A DNA stretch of 63,661 bases, the filler included, from Octopus bimaculoides (lineage: Eukaryota), in assembly GCF_001194135.2 (NCBI RefSeq). It is 5 parts of 5 records of this genome, joined end to end, with 100 filler letters (N's around TTAATTAATTAA, not from the genome) between each part and the next. Parts side by side here need not be neighbours in the genome. Positions count along the whole stretch, not along the records: positions 33,228 to 42,162 come from NC_068991.1; positions 42,263 to 54,180 come from NC_068985.1; 3 more parts are not named here. The stretch is one strand, 5' to 3'. The translations under genes and the position numbers were made by a program. This document shows positions 36,747 to 50,422 of this stretch, in pieces (position 1 is the first letter of the stretch; every line of letters starts with the position of its first letter). The notes beneath the pieces were generated by a model. It ran no database searches. It was given only the letters and a program-made list of their open reading frames with translations, and was not told the origin of the DNA.

Positions 36747-38220
36747 GTATTAGGTGAGCTGACAGACTCCTTAACTCGCCGGGCAAAATGCTTCGTGATA
36801 TTTTCTCCGTCTTTACGTTCTTAATTCAAATACAGCCAAGGCCCGCTTTGCATTTCATCTTTTCAGTACCAGTGAAATACTGGTGTCGCTGTAATCAGCT
36901 AGATCCCCCCCCCACCACCTCCAACAAATTTCAAGCCCTGTGCCTTTAGTAGAAAAGGATTATTATAATTAGTAGAAGTAGTATAAAAATTGGTAACACT
37001 ATTGTTTAATTCTAAAACTACTTTCTACGTTACCTTTCAGACTTTTGTACTCTTCCTTTACTTGTATTTTTTAGTTTTTAGTTTAAAAAAAAAACCCCAT
37101 TATTATTATTATTATTATTAATATTATTATTATTATTATTACTTTTCGAAACTAAAGTAAAATTAAACAAACACAAAAACACCGCTACCCACTTCATCCA
37201 TCCACCAAACCACACGAACAAACAAGCAAACAAACAACTCGAATGTGAACGAAATGCAACAATAATTGAAATAGCAATGTTAAGTTTTAAAAGATTCTTT
37301 TTGATCAACAAACGAGTATTGTTCTAGAATGAACCAAGTCACATCTTCCGACATTAAATATTTAATTCGAGTTACATTCAGATATTTGCTAGCAATTTTG
37401 TCGAGAATGTCATTACGTTTTGCGGGCATAGCGCATCGCTAATGTTTGCAATGGCCATGTGCAAATGCGTGTATGTATGTATGTATGCACGTATGTATGT
37501 ATGTATGTACGTATGTATGTATGTATGTATGTATGCATGTATGTATGTACGTGTGTGCTTGTGTATGGATATTTGAATGTGTGTGTATGCATTCCTTAGT
37601 TGTGAGTGTTTGTTAAAGGGAGAGGCACTTTAGCGTTCATATATATACATGTATATATATATTTGGTTGTGTGTTTGCTGTATGTATGTGTGTACAGTCT
37701 TTCGCTTGTTTAATTTCTTTGCATTATAATGGGTGTATGTGAGTGCATGTTTTCTTTAACATTCTTAAAAATTTACATGTATATATATATATATAAGNNN
37801 NNNNNNNNNNNNNNNNNNNNNNNNNNNNNNNNNNNNNNNNNNNNNNNNNNNNNNNNNNNNNNNNNNNNNNNNNNNNNNNNNNNNNNNNNNNNNNNNNNNN
37901 NNNNNNNNNNNNNNNNNNNNNNNNNNNNNNNNNNNNNNNNNNNNNNNNNNNNNNNNNNNNNNNNNNNNNNNNNNNNNNNNNNNNNNNNNNNNNNNNNNNN
38001 NNNNNNNNNNNNNNNNNNNNNNNNNNNNNNNNNNNNNNNNNNNNNNNNNNNNNNNNNNNNNNNNNNNNNNNNNNNNNNNNNNNNNNNNNNNNNNNNNNNN
38101 NNNNNNNNNNNNNNNNNNNNNNNNNNNNNNNNNNNNNNNNNNNNNNNNNNNNNNNNNNNNNNNNNNNNNNNNNNNNNNNNNNNNNNNNNNNNNNNNNNNN
38201 NNNNNNNNNNNNNNNNNNNN

Positions 38221-38265
<45 letters not shown>

Positions 38266-38817
38266 TATGGCTGTATTTATAGAGAGTGACAAGTTTGATA
38301 GATAGATAGATAGATAGACAGACAGATAGATGGATAGATAGAGAAAAATAGAGATAGAGAGAGAGAGAGAGATAGAGAAAGAGAGAAAGAAAAATAGAGA
38401 ACCAGATACCATCCACTATGAGAAATCTATCGTCCCTGCTTCACCATTTGCACAACATCGTTCTCTAATCAAACAAAGATAGCCGTGAGTAAACAGAGAA
38501 ATTGAAAAAATCAGGAATTTGATAGTTTTAAACAGTCAAGAAAGGAGGCTTACTTTGTTACAGTAATGGGTGGCGGTATTGGTTGAGGCGGTGGTGGTGG
38601 TGGTAGTCATGTAGTGGTTGTGGTGGTGCTGTCTTTGGTGTTGATAGTAGTGTTAGTGGTGTTTGTGTTGGTGGCAGTTTTGTTGGTGGTATTATTAATA
38701 AGACGGTGAAGGTGGTGAGCTGGCAGAGTTGTCAGCACACAGGGCGAAATGTTTAACGCTATTTCGCCCGTCGCTACGTTCTGAGTTCAAATTGCACCGA
38801 GGTTGACTTTACCTTTC

Positions 38818-39027
38818 ATAAAGTTAAAGAAGTGATTTTAAATTCTCAATCGCAGAATAATGCTAATAATATAGCCTGAGCAGGATAAATTATCCCTATT
38901 TTGCAGAGAAAAGTGTAACAATTAGGCTATCTTTGTTTCTCTGCAAAATAGGGATAATTTATCCTGTTCAGGCTATATTATTAGCATTATTCTGCGATTG
39001 AGAATTTAAAATCACTTCTTTAACTTT
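38818..39027. repeat. Near-perfect foldback with ~93-bp arms
   Basis: 38818-38910 is the reverse complement of 38935-39027. The right arm and downstream sequence recur at ~41005-41420. Confidence 0.9.
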
Positions 39028-39761
39028 CTAAAAGACATCTCAACGCTTCTAAAAAGCGAACTTCGTTTGTTTATTTACGTTTGTCGTAATTTGAATTTAC
39101 CTTTCATACTTTTTTATTTTATTTATGCTCCCTTTTAAAGCTTAGTACTTCAGAAATCACTATCGTTTCCACCCAGGCAGAACAATCCTAAGTAACGCAT
39201 ACTCGCTAAAACAACTACAGCATCAGTAGCCGTACTGTCTTCTTGTATTGTAGGGGGATGCACATTAGGAACAATAAGTACAGAGGTGTAGCGAGTGCTG
39301 CACTTTGAACCAGTCCATCATGCATGTCACATCTGTGACCATTAAGAAAATCTCAATGTGCACAGAAATAGACTGGACAGAGACTGGACAATGGGGACAG
39401 ATATTTCCGAATCTGGGCTATTGCACTGCAGCTTGTATGATTAATCATTGAATGTTCGAGTATGCAGTATCTGCAGAAGTGCTGACTGGGTGGAGGAGAG
39501 AGGGGGAGATAAACAAAGGGAAATAAATAGATAGATAGATACATTTCTTTTATTAGCCACACAGGGCTCANNNNNNNNNNNNNNNNNNNNNNNNNNNNNN
39601 NNNNNNNNNNNNNNNNNNNNNNNNNNNNNNNNNNNNNNNNNNNNNNNNNNNNNNNNNNNNNNNNNNNNNNAAGTTACGGGGACGTAAATACACCAGCATC
39701 GGTTGTCAAGCGATGGTGAGTGGGGTACAAGCACAGACACAAACAGACAAATACACACACG

Positions 39762-39792
<31 letters not shown>

Positions 39793-39900
39793 ATACACAC
39801 ACTATCACACACACACACAAACGACGGGCTTCTTTCCGTCTACCAAATGCTCTCGGAGCCATGTTGGGAAGCAAGCTTCTTACATCGCAATCACGCCGTG

Positions 39901-39931
<31 letters not shown>

Positions 39932-41096
39932 GTGTGTGTGTGTGAGTGTATGTATGTACATTACCCACAGTACCCTACCACAACATTCACAGCAGCAACA
40001 AAATGGAAGTACTCTTTTCCCCACTAAATCTATCACCTTTCATTGTTTATCTTTTACTTGTTTCGGTCATTGAAATGCGGCCATGTTGGGGCACCACCTG
40101 AACAAGTCGACTCCAGTGCTTATTTTCTTTAAAGTCTAGTTTTCTTATTCTATCGGTTGTCTTTTTCCGCACTGCTAAGTTAGGAATAGGTAAACAAACC
40201 GACACCGGTTGTCAAGCGGTGGTGGTTGACAAGCAATAAATATAGACACACACACACACGCGCGCGCGTGCGCATATACCTCAGGCTTCCCCACAGTCTG
40301 TGTACCAAATACTTTCACAAGGCATTAATCAACCCGCGGCTTATAGCAAAAGACCCTTTGCCCAAAGTGCTGCGTTGTGAGAGTGAACCCAATACCACGT
40401 AGTTTGCAAAACTTAGTTTCTTTAAACTCTGGTTCTTATTCAATCGGTTTCTTCGGAGAAAGAGTATAATGGCCGGACTAGCACACTGTTACCACGTACG
40501 GTTCACCGCAGCATATCAGAGCGTGGAGTGTGACCCTGAATAACGGCAGAGACATAGCATTAGTAGGCAATCAATCGGTTTTGGTCTTGGAGAATTAAAA
40601 GTAATTGCCTGGCAAGTTCCGTATAATTTTTTTATTTCTTTAATGTTTAGCTTTTGCTGCTAAACAGTGAAAAACGTGGTCGCACACTCATTCTCTTTCT
40701 CTCTCTCATACACACACACACACTCATTCACACACACGCTCACTTGCCCACACACATACACACACCAACACACTCGCACAGACACACACTCACTCACACA
40801 CGCGCGCGCGCACTCACACACATATAGATACACACGTACATAATTACTGGCAACATTTGATCGACCTACTCAATCATGTCTGACCTGGTACCACACGACA
40901 ACAAAAATAGCAGCTAAATTCTCCTCTAATCGGTCTAAGAGCACCGCGACGCGTAATCACGGAGGAGTGAGTTCCAGTCTCATAACCAGCCGCCTACACT
41001 TTTTCCTGCAAAATAGGGGTAGTTTATCCTGTTCAGGCTATATTATTAGCATTATCCTGCGATTGAGAATTTAAAAAATCACTTATTTAACTTTCT

Positions 41097-41327
41097 TATT
41101 TCTTTACTGCCAACAAGGGGCTAAACATAGAGGGGACAAACAAGGAGACACAAACGGGTAAAGTCGATTACATCGACTCCAGTGCGTAACTGGTACTTAA
41201 TTTATCGACCCGAAAGGATGAAAGGCAAAGTCGACCTCGGCGGAATTTGAACTCAGAACGTAATGGTAGACGAAATAGCGCTAAGCATTATCGCCCGGTG
41301 TGCTAACGTTTCTGCCAGCTCGCCGCT
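41097..41327 (-). mobile_element. tRNA-derived SINE family B with a 16-bp TSD
   Basis: Head gcggcgagctggcagaaacgttagcac...gttctgagttcaaattccgccgaggtcgactttgcctttcatcc. TSD acttatttaactttct (41081-41096) / acttctttaactttct (41331-41346). Confidence 0.9.
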
Positions 41328-41488
41328 GAAACTTCTTTAACTTTCTAAGACATCTCAACGCTTCTAAAAGCAAACTTCATTTGTTTGGTTACGTTTATCG
41401 TAATTTGAATTTATCATTTTAATATCTTGGAAAAGAGTAGGAAAGTGACAATGGGTACCGTAGTTCTTGGTATTTGGTGTCTTTTGTC

Positions 41489-41830
41489 TTTTACTTGTTT
41501 CACTCAGACTGCAGCTATGCTTAATCGAATGAATCGATCCCAGTACCTATTAAAACCTGGTACTTATTCAATCGATATCTTTTGCCGAAGCATAAAGCTA
41601 CGGGGATGTAAACACACCAACACCGGTTGTCAGTCGGTGGTTGAAACAAACACACACATATACACACATATACACACACATATACGACGGGCTTCTTTCA
41701 GTTTCTGTCTACTAAATTCATCTCACAAGGGTTTGGTCCGCGGTAGGTTGTAGTAGAAGACATTTGTCCAAGGGACTGAACCCGGAACTATGTGTTTTGG
41801 AAACAAACTCCTTACCACGCAGGCACGCCT
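41489..41830 (-). mobile_element. SINE family A
   Basis: Reverse-complement match to 47980-48410 across head and tail. Confidence 0.8.
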
Positions 41831-42105
41831 GGGAAAGACAAAGAAAATTAAAAAAAAAACAAAATGATGGATTTGTCACTGCTATAATACCATCGAGCAT
41901 AGGTCTGCTAGATGAGGGGTAGATCTGGGTCTAAAATAACAACAACAACAGCAACAACAACAACAGAAGCAGCAGCAGCAGCAGCAACACAATTAGAAGG
42001 AAAAACAGCAAAGGGCAAACCCTGAAACATTTACACGAGCAGAAGTAACTCTTACTACAAGTCAGAAGGCAGATTGCAACTTATGAAGGAATTGGGTCCT
42101 TCGAG

Positions 42106-42162
<57 letters not shown>

Positions 42163-42390
42163 NNNNNNNNNNNNNNNNNNNNNNNNNNNNNNNNNNNNNN
42201 NNNNNNTTAATTAATTAANNNNNNNNNNNNNNNNNNNNNNNNNNNNNNNNNNNNNNNNNNNNATATAAACACACACACATAAAGGGACAGTCAGAGGTAG
42301 ATAGATAGATAGATAGATACAGATATATGCACATATATCCATGTTTATACACACACATAATTATATATACAACTATATATTCATGTATAT

Positions 42391-42457
<67 letters not shown>

Positions 42458-42960
42458 CACACACAGATAGATAGATAGATAGATAGATAGATAGGTTGGT
42501 AAGGCGGGTAAGTTTGCATACATATACATATACAGATGCACACACACACACACACACACACACTGAGTCGTGTTTAGTTTCACATTTGTATTCATATACA
42601 CATTACAATCATGTAGTATACACATGCTCATATTCTTACCTAGGTGTTGATCCTGTTTCTTCTATCATTGTACATATGCAACAGATTCTTGTCTTATTTG
42701 TTTCACCTAGTTGTCAATACACATACACACAAGTATATCTTTCAAGGTTAATACCAATGGAAAACCATAAACTACTTGTTTATACATGACTTCTAGATTT
42801 AGTCTGTAAATCCCTGGTTGGCTGTGTCCAGGGTGAAGATTCCTTTCCTACTAGTTTCTTTGCAGGTACTAACATGTGTACCACCATCCTTTCTTGCTTT
42901 CAGTTATAACAAGGTATTAACATATACATGTATATGTGTGTGCATGTATTTCTGTATGCA

Positions 42961-43027
<67 letters not shown>

Positions 43028-44240
43028 GAGAGAATCATTATTAATCTATCTGAAAGTGGTTGAATCGATAAAGAAAGTTGACTGATTTTGCTAGGCATTT
43101 TATTATATTTAGTCTCCAATCTCTTAGTTTTGAGTTGAAATGCTGCTAGAGAAGGGAGTTTAAGTTTTTTGTTATATATATATANNNNNNNNNNNNNNNN
43201 NNNNNNNNNNNNNNNNNNNNNNNNNNNNNNNNNNNNNNNNNNNNNNNNNNNNNNNNNNNNNNNNNNNNNNNNNNNNNNNNNNNNNNNNNNNNNNNNNNNN
43301 NNNNNNNNNNNNNNNNNNNNNNNNNNNNNNNNNNNNNNNNNNNNNNNNNNNNNNNNNNNNNNNNNNNNNNNNNNNNNNNNNNNNNNNNNNNNNNNNNNNN
43401 NNNNNNNNNNNNNNNNNNNNNNNNNNNNNNNNNNNNNNNNNNNNNNNNNNNNNNNNNNNNNNNNNNNNNNNNNNNNNNNNNNNNNNNNNNNNNNNNNNNN
43501 NNNNNNNNNNNNNNNNNNNNNNNNNNNNNNNNNNNNNNNNNNNNNNNNNNNNNNNNNNNNNNNNNNNNNNNNNNNNNNNNNNNNNNATGTATATATATGG
43601 ATAAAAGATAAACCCAGAAAGACCAATTCAATTACCACCAGTTATATAGCAGATATTACTTCCTTTTCAGTCCTAATCTATGGCCTTATGACTTCATACT
43701 AAATCCCTATTAATCTAGAGTAACGAAAAGAGTAGCAAAACAGATTAAAAGCCTTACAGTATTTGATATTTTACCTCTTCATACAAATAGAGGATTTTAA
43801 TTTTGTTCTTTATCTCTTTGGAATGAATGGTTTCAAATTTTAGCACAAGGCCAGTAATTTTTGTGGAGGGTTTAGGGGATTATATCGACCCCAGTGCTCA
43901 ACTGGTACTTATTTTATTGATTCTGAAAGAATAAAAAGCAAAGTTGACCTTCGGAAAAAACACTGCCAAAAAACATGTGTTTTGTCCTGTGCCAACTCAA
44001 CACCTTAACTCTCTGTTAGGGGCAGAAGGCTTAATTTTGGGTGAAGGATGGCAGCTTGTCAATTACATCAACCCCAGTGCTCAACTGATACTTATTATAT
44101 CGATCTCAAAATGAGGAAAAGCTAAGTCAACCTTGGCAGAATTTGAACTCAGAACATAAAGCCAGAGGAAATGCCACTTAGCATATTGTCTGGAGCAGTA
44201 ACAATTCTGTCAGCTCACCACCTTATCTCTCTCATAGTTT

Positions 44241-44570
44241 ATCATTGTTTAACGTCCGCTTTCCATGCTAGCATGGGTTGGACGATTTGACTGAGGACTG
44301 GTGGACCAGATGGCTACAACAGGCTCCAATCTGATTTTGCAGAGTTTCTACAGCTGGATGCCCTTCCTAATGCCAACCACTCCGAGAGTGTAGTGGGTGC
44401 TTTTACGTGCCACCGGCACGAAGGCCAGTCAGGCGGTACTGGCAACGGCCACGCTCAAAATGGTGTATTTTACGTGCCACCTGCACAGGAGCCAGTCCAG
44501 CGGTACTGGCAACGATCTCGCTCAAATGTCTTTTGACATGCCACTGGCATGAATGCCAGAAAGGCGACCT
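44241..44570 (-). mobile_element. RTE-type 3' UTR fragment
   Basis: gtttaacgtccgctttccatgctagcatgggttggacgatttgactgagg...ggatgcccttcctaatgccaaccac, same family as 27703. Confidence 0.85.
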
Positions 44571-44654
44571 GGCATTTATGATAATAAAGATGTATACCAA
44601 TCACATAACCCAGTATGTAAAGAGCCACAAAAAAAACACTACCAAGAAAAATAG

Positions 44655-45030
44655 GCTTATTATTGGAGACATTCTTATGCTTGGAAACTGTGTATACACA
44701 ATAGTGAAACACATGAAATGAAAAACACAGGTTTTGGAAGAGTTCTTTTTTTTTTTTTCCTGAAGTATCGAAGTATAGGACTGGAGGTAAAGTGAGCGAC
44801 ATATCTAGTAGCTTTATCAGTGGGAATAATTTAAATTGTACAGACAGTTCGAAATGACAAAGAATTCAACCTCTGCACTTGTGTGAGAAGTGTGCAACAG
44901 CTCAGGAAAAAGTTGTGTGCATTAAGTCAGTAATGTTGATAATTTTAAAGAGAGCATTGAAGTCAGAGAGTTATTTCCGATACAGGATGAGAGATAGTCA
45001 TTTAACTGTTAATGGTTGGTTGAATTTAAA
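44655..45030 (+). pseudogene. Possible SGNH/GDSL-type ORF1 remnant of a CR1/L2-like LINE
   Basis: Scattered blocks in the expected order: RLIIGDILM, GGKVSDISS, ISGNN, RDSHLTVNG. Broken by stops and frameshifts. Confidence 0.35.
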
Positions 45031-45773
45031 AGAAGAGTAGTGAGACCATTATTAGGAAATGTAGGAGGGAAACTCTGTGACAAAATCATTGGAAGTCTCT
45101 GTTGCTGATATCAAGACGGGAAAGATGAATATATTATGTTCTGTACAGAGAGCAACAATAAAGAGGGTAGCCTAGAGTGCAGTGATGGGCTAGAAATAGA
45201 AGTAACACTGGTATCTGAGACAGGTAATGGATATGTAGATTGCATGTTATCTGAAAATGATCAGGAATGTTGGTATAGAGCGGGGTCCACCAAGGTACTT
45301 CATCACTGCTGGTTTTATCTCTTTCCAGCTCCACCAATAACACCAGCCTTCTCTTGTTCTAAAATATGAGTAGTTTTGTAGCTCTTTCACAGCAGGAAAT
45401 CTGCTCTGCTTTAGCTCCACCTTTCATACTTTAATCCTCAACCTCTTTGTACGAATCTTTTCTTTCAAAGCTAGTAGTCTTGCAAGCGACATAGTGATCT
45501 CACTAATGCCCCTGGTAGGAAAAAAAAAAGTATGTACTACATGCTGTAAAGTGATTAGTGTTAGGAAGGGCATCAAGCCTTGGAAACCATACCAAAGCAG
45601 ACTCCGGAGCACAATGCAGGCCTTGGACCCATTGAATCCTGTTGAGCCATGCAACATGGCACATGTATATTAAATGATAATGATGATGATGATGACAGTG
45701 GCAGTGCTGCTGCTGGCGTTGGTGATGATGATGATGATGATGATGACAGTGGCAGTGCTGCTGCTGGCGTTGG

Positions 45774-45816
<43 letters not shown>

Positions 45817-46329
45817 GAGGAGGAGGATTGTTTTGTGCCAACTTTGGTTGTTAATTTTAATGTCCAGCCACTTTCCTGTAAATTAACTTTGGACACTCAG
45901 CACATCACAACCAACTCATTTCTCTCTAATCTCCGCAGATCTTCCCTATTTAATACTTCTGCCTCTTTACCATTCACTTATCAATCTGCTTGCACCTGTC
46001 TCCTACAGTCTGCTCTTTTGTGAAGATGAAAGGAATAACATGTTGTCTATGAGGTTAGCAATACATTAAAAAGAAATATAAACTAAATTCAGGGTTTGTA
46101 CTCAGGAAATACCTTTATCTTCAACTACTTTAGCACAAAGGCAGGAAGATGCCTCTTGACAGTAGCAAGCTAAGAAATAAGCTTATTTAAAAATGTCATA
46201 ATGACCTTAAATATTCAAAAGTCAATTTTAATACTGAATTTTTTTCATTTAAGATTTTTATTCTATTACGGAGATGTACTTGCATAGCAAGTGACCTGAT
46301 CTGAGATCGTGTGCTGGAACGAAAACAAC

Positions 46330-46532
46330 TGCAGTGTGGAAGGTATTTATAAGCCATTTAAAATAACACACAATAACCGTTAGATTCACTTCAACATTTA
46401 AATTTAATTTGTCAAAATATTTTCATCTCAAAGCAACGAAAATAATTTGACAAATTAAATTTAAATGTTGAAGTGAATCTAACGGGTTTTGTGTGTTATT
46501 TTAAATGGCTTATAAACACCTTCCACGCTGCA
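46330..46532. repeat. Foldback with ~95-bp arms and a 13-nt spacer
   Basis: 46330-46424 is the reverse complement of 46438-46532. Confidence 0.9.
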
Positions 46533-47323
46533 ATTATTTTTATTCTAGTTTGTTATAAAAAGAAGGAAAACATACAAGTGAAAGCATCAAATTAATTAAT
46601 AATATTCTGCTTAAGATAATCATTTGTTATTACCATCATTATTTTTTCGTTTTATAATTTATTAGTCAAGCTGCCTTCAATTTCATTTCATTAATTATAA
46701 TTGTTTTCCTTTTGTTTGTTAAAACTGTGTTATTGTTTTGGACACAAAATAGGTTATGTATTGTTTTGTGCGCATTTGTATTATTGTACATGTGGAGAAA
46801 TGTTGAGTATTAATACACCAAAAGTCTAATAAAATAAAATATATTTAAAAACGAAAAAATAGAGCGAAAGAGAAAATAAATTCAGTGTTTATCTTATAGC
46901 TCTATCAAAGCTTAATTCAGGCTATCATAGTTTTGATTATCTGCGTAGAGAAAGAGCAACTTCCAACAATTATGTCGATGTCATGGACTGATAAGATTCA
47001 GCAAACTTTGATCATTTCAGCTGATTTTGTATTAGGTTTACATTGTCTTTGCTATATTAACTAGTTAACTATAATGCAGATTAGCCAGACAAAAGAAAAT
47101 CTATAGCAATATTGTACTTAGCAAAAAAAGACAATAAGTAAATATAGCAAAACTATAAGGTCCTACACACAAATGTGCGCGTGCATGCACACACACTCAC
47201 ACACATACATACACACAGAGGCACACATACAGACACACACACTCACACACACACACACTCACACACAGACACACACACACACGCACACACACACACAAAA
47301 AGACACAGACACATATATATTTA

Positions 47324-47370
47324 ACACACACTGAGGAGGAGTAACCACCCAGAAATTAGAGTCTGTGTGT
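47324..47370 (+). ncRNA. Hammerhead-like motif
   Basis: ACACACA-CTGAGGA-GGAGTAACCACCCA-GAAA-TTAGAG-TC-TGTGTGT. Intact core and GUC triplet, but stem I consists of AC/GT dinucleotide repeats, which weakens the call. Confidence 0.5.
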
Positions 47371-47979
47371 ATCATATAAGGCTAGAGATGGGTGCAATGA
47401 CCTCCCCTCACAAATACTAATAGGACACAGAATATGTGTCATTAGACAGCTGGAGGAGATGTCTTCCTGGGGCTATAAACATCAGTAACACTGTCCTGTA
47501 TAGGATGCCACACTTAGTTGGCAAATATATGTTACCATTATATAAATATGAATAAATATATATATATATATTGTGTAAGATATAAGTTAGAGATAATGTA
47601 ACCATCTAAGGGATAGGTGTATCCAAAGGCACTCCTGGTATTACTTCAGTATTATGGTCCTTGCTATAAGGTATACGGTAGTAGGTAATTTAAAAGGTAA
47701 AACCGTGGTTGATTATATATATAAAAAACGATAAGAAATAACGATGAGAGTATGTTTACAGCTGTTTCAGTATATAGGCTGGGGTAAATTTACAATTACC
47801 TCGTTGCAATTGATAGACATCACCAGAACGATTAAATGGCAAAGATAAATAGAAGGAAATAGGAAGAAGATGTAAGGAAAGCAAAGGAGAAAAAGAATAA
47901 GTAAAATGTTTGTTAATTCAATAGTCTTACATCTCGATAAGGTCCATAATTCCATATATCTGTTGGAGCTTGATATACT

Positions 47980-48410
47980 GGTGCAGGCACAGGTGTGTGG
48001 TAAGAAGTTTGCTTCACAACCACATAGTTCCCCAGGTTCAGTTCCACTGGGTGGAACCTTGGGCAAGTGTCTTCTAATATAGCTTCAGGCTGATCAAAGC
48101 CTTGTGAGTGGATTTGTGAGACAGAAACTAAAAGAAGCCCATCGTGTGTGTGCGTGTGTCTGTCTGTTTGTGTTTGTCTGTGTGTGTATGTGTCTGTGTC
48201 TGTGTTTGTCCCCCACTAGCGCTTAACAACTGATGCTGGTGTGTTTATTTCCCTGTAACCTAGCGGTTTGGCAAAACGGACCGATAGAATAAGCACTAGG
48301 CTTACAAAGAATAAGTCCTGGGATTGATTTCTTCAACTAAAAACCCCTCCAAGGGGGTGCTCCAGTATGGCCATAGTCAAATGATTGAAACAGGTAAAAG
48401 AATAAAAGAA
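47980..48410 (+). mobile_element. Octopus-type tRNA-derived SINE, family A (near full length)
   Basis: tRNA-like head (gtgtggtaagaagtttgcttc...ggttcagttccactg), ggcaccttgggcaagtgtcttcta core, internal GT microsatellite, 3' half ending ccagtatggccatagtcaaatgattgaaacaggtaaaagaat. Confidence 0.85.
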
Positions 48411-48817
48411 TCAAAGTATATATATATATGGACAAATTTCTGAATACCGATGAACTTTTTTGTAAATATAACAATTTAATGGCTAAGCATATTACTATGG
48501 ATTATACCAAGTGGACTTTCCCTTTTCTCTCTCCTGTTTCTCTCTCCTTTTCTTTTTTCTTTGAGATTTCTCCTTTGTGATGTAATCTTGGGACGGAATA
48601 TATTTGCAGCTGAAGATAGCTTTAAACCATCCTGTATATCAATTATATACTCATAATGATGCAACAACTGTTTGTGTATAAAGCTTGAAACACGTGTACC
48701 GTGGAATCCTTTGTGTTTTGTTTTAATTCTACATTTTAATGTATGCATGTATATATATATATATATATATATATTGGAAAGCAAGTTTTTTACCACACAG
48801 CCATGCCNNNNNNNNNN

Positions 48818-49007
48818 AAACCGGATGGCAACACCAGGCTCCAATCTAATTTGGCAGAGTTTCTACAGCTGGATGCCCTTCCTAACGCCAACCACTCAGA
48901 GAGTGTAGTGGGTGCTTTTACGTGTCACCCGCACGAAAACGGCCACGCTCGAAATGGTGTCTTTTATGTGCCACCCGCACAAGCCAGTCCAGGGGCACTG
49001 GCAACAA

Positions 49008-49010
<3 letters not shown>
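48818..49010 (-). mobile_element. RTE-type 3' UTR fragment
   Basis: Near-identical to 27781-27965. Confidence 0.85.
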
Positions 49011-49039
<29 letters not shown>

Positions 49040-49085
49040 CACACACATGCACATATATATATATATACATATAATATATGCATAT

Positions 49086-49830
49086 ATATATGTTTGAATA
49101 AAAGAAGGGTGGAAATACTGTTTGCCAAAGATGAAAGCGAAAGCTTCAAAAACCACCAATCCTACAATAAATATACACATGAGCAATGTAATGAACACTT
49201 CAAAAAATAGGGCTACCTTCAGGATGGAATTTGAAGATAGTTTACATACCCCAATATCAATTGATTTCATGCTGTGCATGAGAAAACATGCTTTGCAATC
49301 TTCAAGCGGTATTTTTACCCTTCTTTTATTTGAATATTTAATATTATATCTATTAAGGGAGAAGTCTTGCTAACCGCCTCATTATTACTGTTTTTAACAG
49401 GAATAATGCTTTCATACGGTTACTTTTTTATTGCTTACGATAATTTTCTCTTTAAACGGAGTGGGATGTTTAAAGTTCGAAATGCACACGAGTTGACGTA
49501 GTGAATATTTTGGAAATGGATGTTACTATCTAACTGAACATTGCAAAGCATGTTTTCTCATGCACAGCATGAAATCAATTGATATTGGGGTATGTAAACT
49601 ATCTTCAAATTCCATCCTGAAGGTAGCCCTATTTTTTGAAGTGTTCATTACATTACTCATGTGTGTATTTATCGTAGGATTGGTGGTTTTTGAAGCTTTC
49701 ACTTTCATTTTTGGTAAGCGGTATTTTTACCCTTCTTTTATTCAGATATTTAATATTATACCTATTAAGGTAGAAGTCTTGCTAACCGCCTCATATTGCT
49801 GTTTTTAACAGTAATAATGCTTTCATATAA
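49086..49830. repeat. Local inverted plus direct duplication complex
   Basis: About 49086-49298 is the reverse complement of about 49543-49745, and about 49304-49420 is a direct repeat of about 49716-49828. Confidence 0.85.
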
Positions 49831-49845
49831 TTACATATAACATCA

Positions 49846-50127
49846 TGATCATGATCATCATCATCGTTTAACGTCCGCTTTCCATGCTAGCATGGGTTGA
49901 ACGATTTGACTGAGGACTGGCAAGCCAGAAGGCTACACCAGGCTCCAATCTGATCTGGCAGAGTTTCTACAGCTGGATGCCCTTCGTAATGCCAACCACT
50001 CCGAGAGTGTAGTGGGTGTTTTTACATGCCACTGGCACGAGGGCCAGTTAGGTGGTACTAGCAACAGCCACACTCAAAAAGGTGTTTTTTACGTGCCACC
50101 TGCACAAGTGCTAGAAGGCAATGTTGG
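49846..50127 (-). mobile_element. RTE-type 3' UTR fragment
   Basis: (CAT)n tail followed by the same family body. Confidence 0.85.
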
Positions 50128-50377
50128 NNNNNNNNNNNNNNNNNNNNNNNNNNNNNNNNNNNNNNNNNNNNNNNNNNNNNNNNNNNNNNNNNNNNNNNNN
50201 NNNNNNNNNNNNNNNNNNNNNNNNNNNNNNNNNNNNNNNNNNNNNNNNNNNNNNNNNNNNNNNNNNNNNNNNNNNNNNNNNNNNNNNNNNNNNNNNNNNN
50301 NNNNNNNNNNNNNNNNNNNNNNNNNNNNNNNNNNNNNNNNNNNNNNNNNNNNNNNNNNNNNNNNNNNNNNNNNNNNN

Positions 50378-50416
<39 letters not shown>

Positions 50417-50422
<6 letters not shown>

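Noticed and set aside
42639-42705. Possible minus-strand exon ending CTAG|GTAAG
   Set aside because: Weak acceptor, no recognisable peptide, and separated from the gene by artificial scaffold joins.
45649-46023. Asp-rich ORF with a duplicated DDDDDSGSAAAGVG unit
   Set aside because: It derives from the (GAT)n tail of an RTE-type fragment with a local tandem duplication; there is no gene structure.
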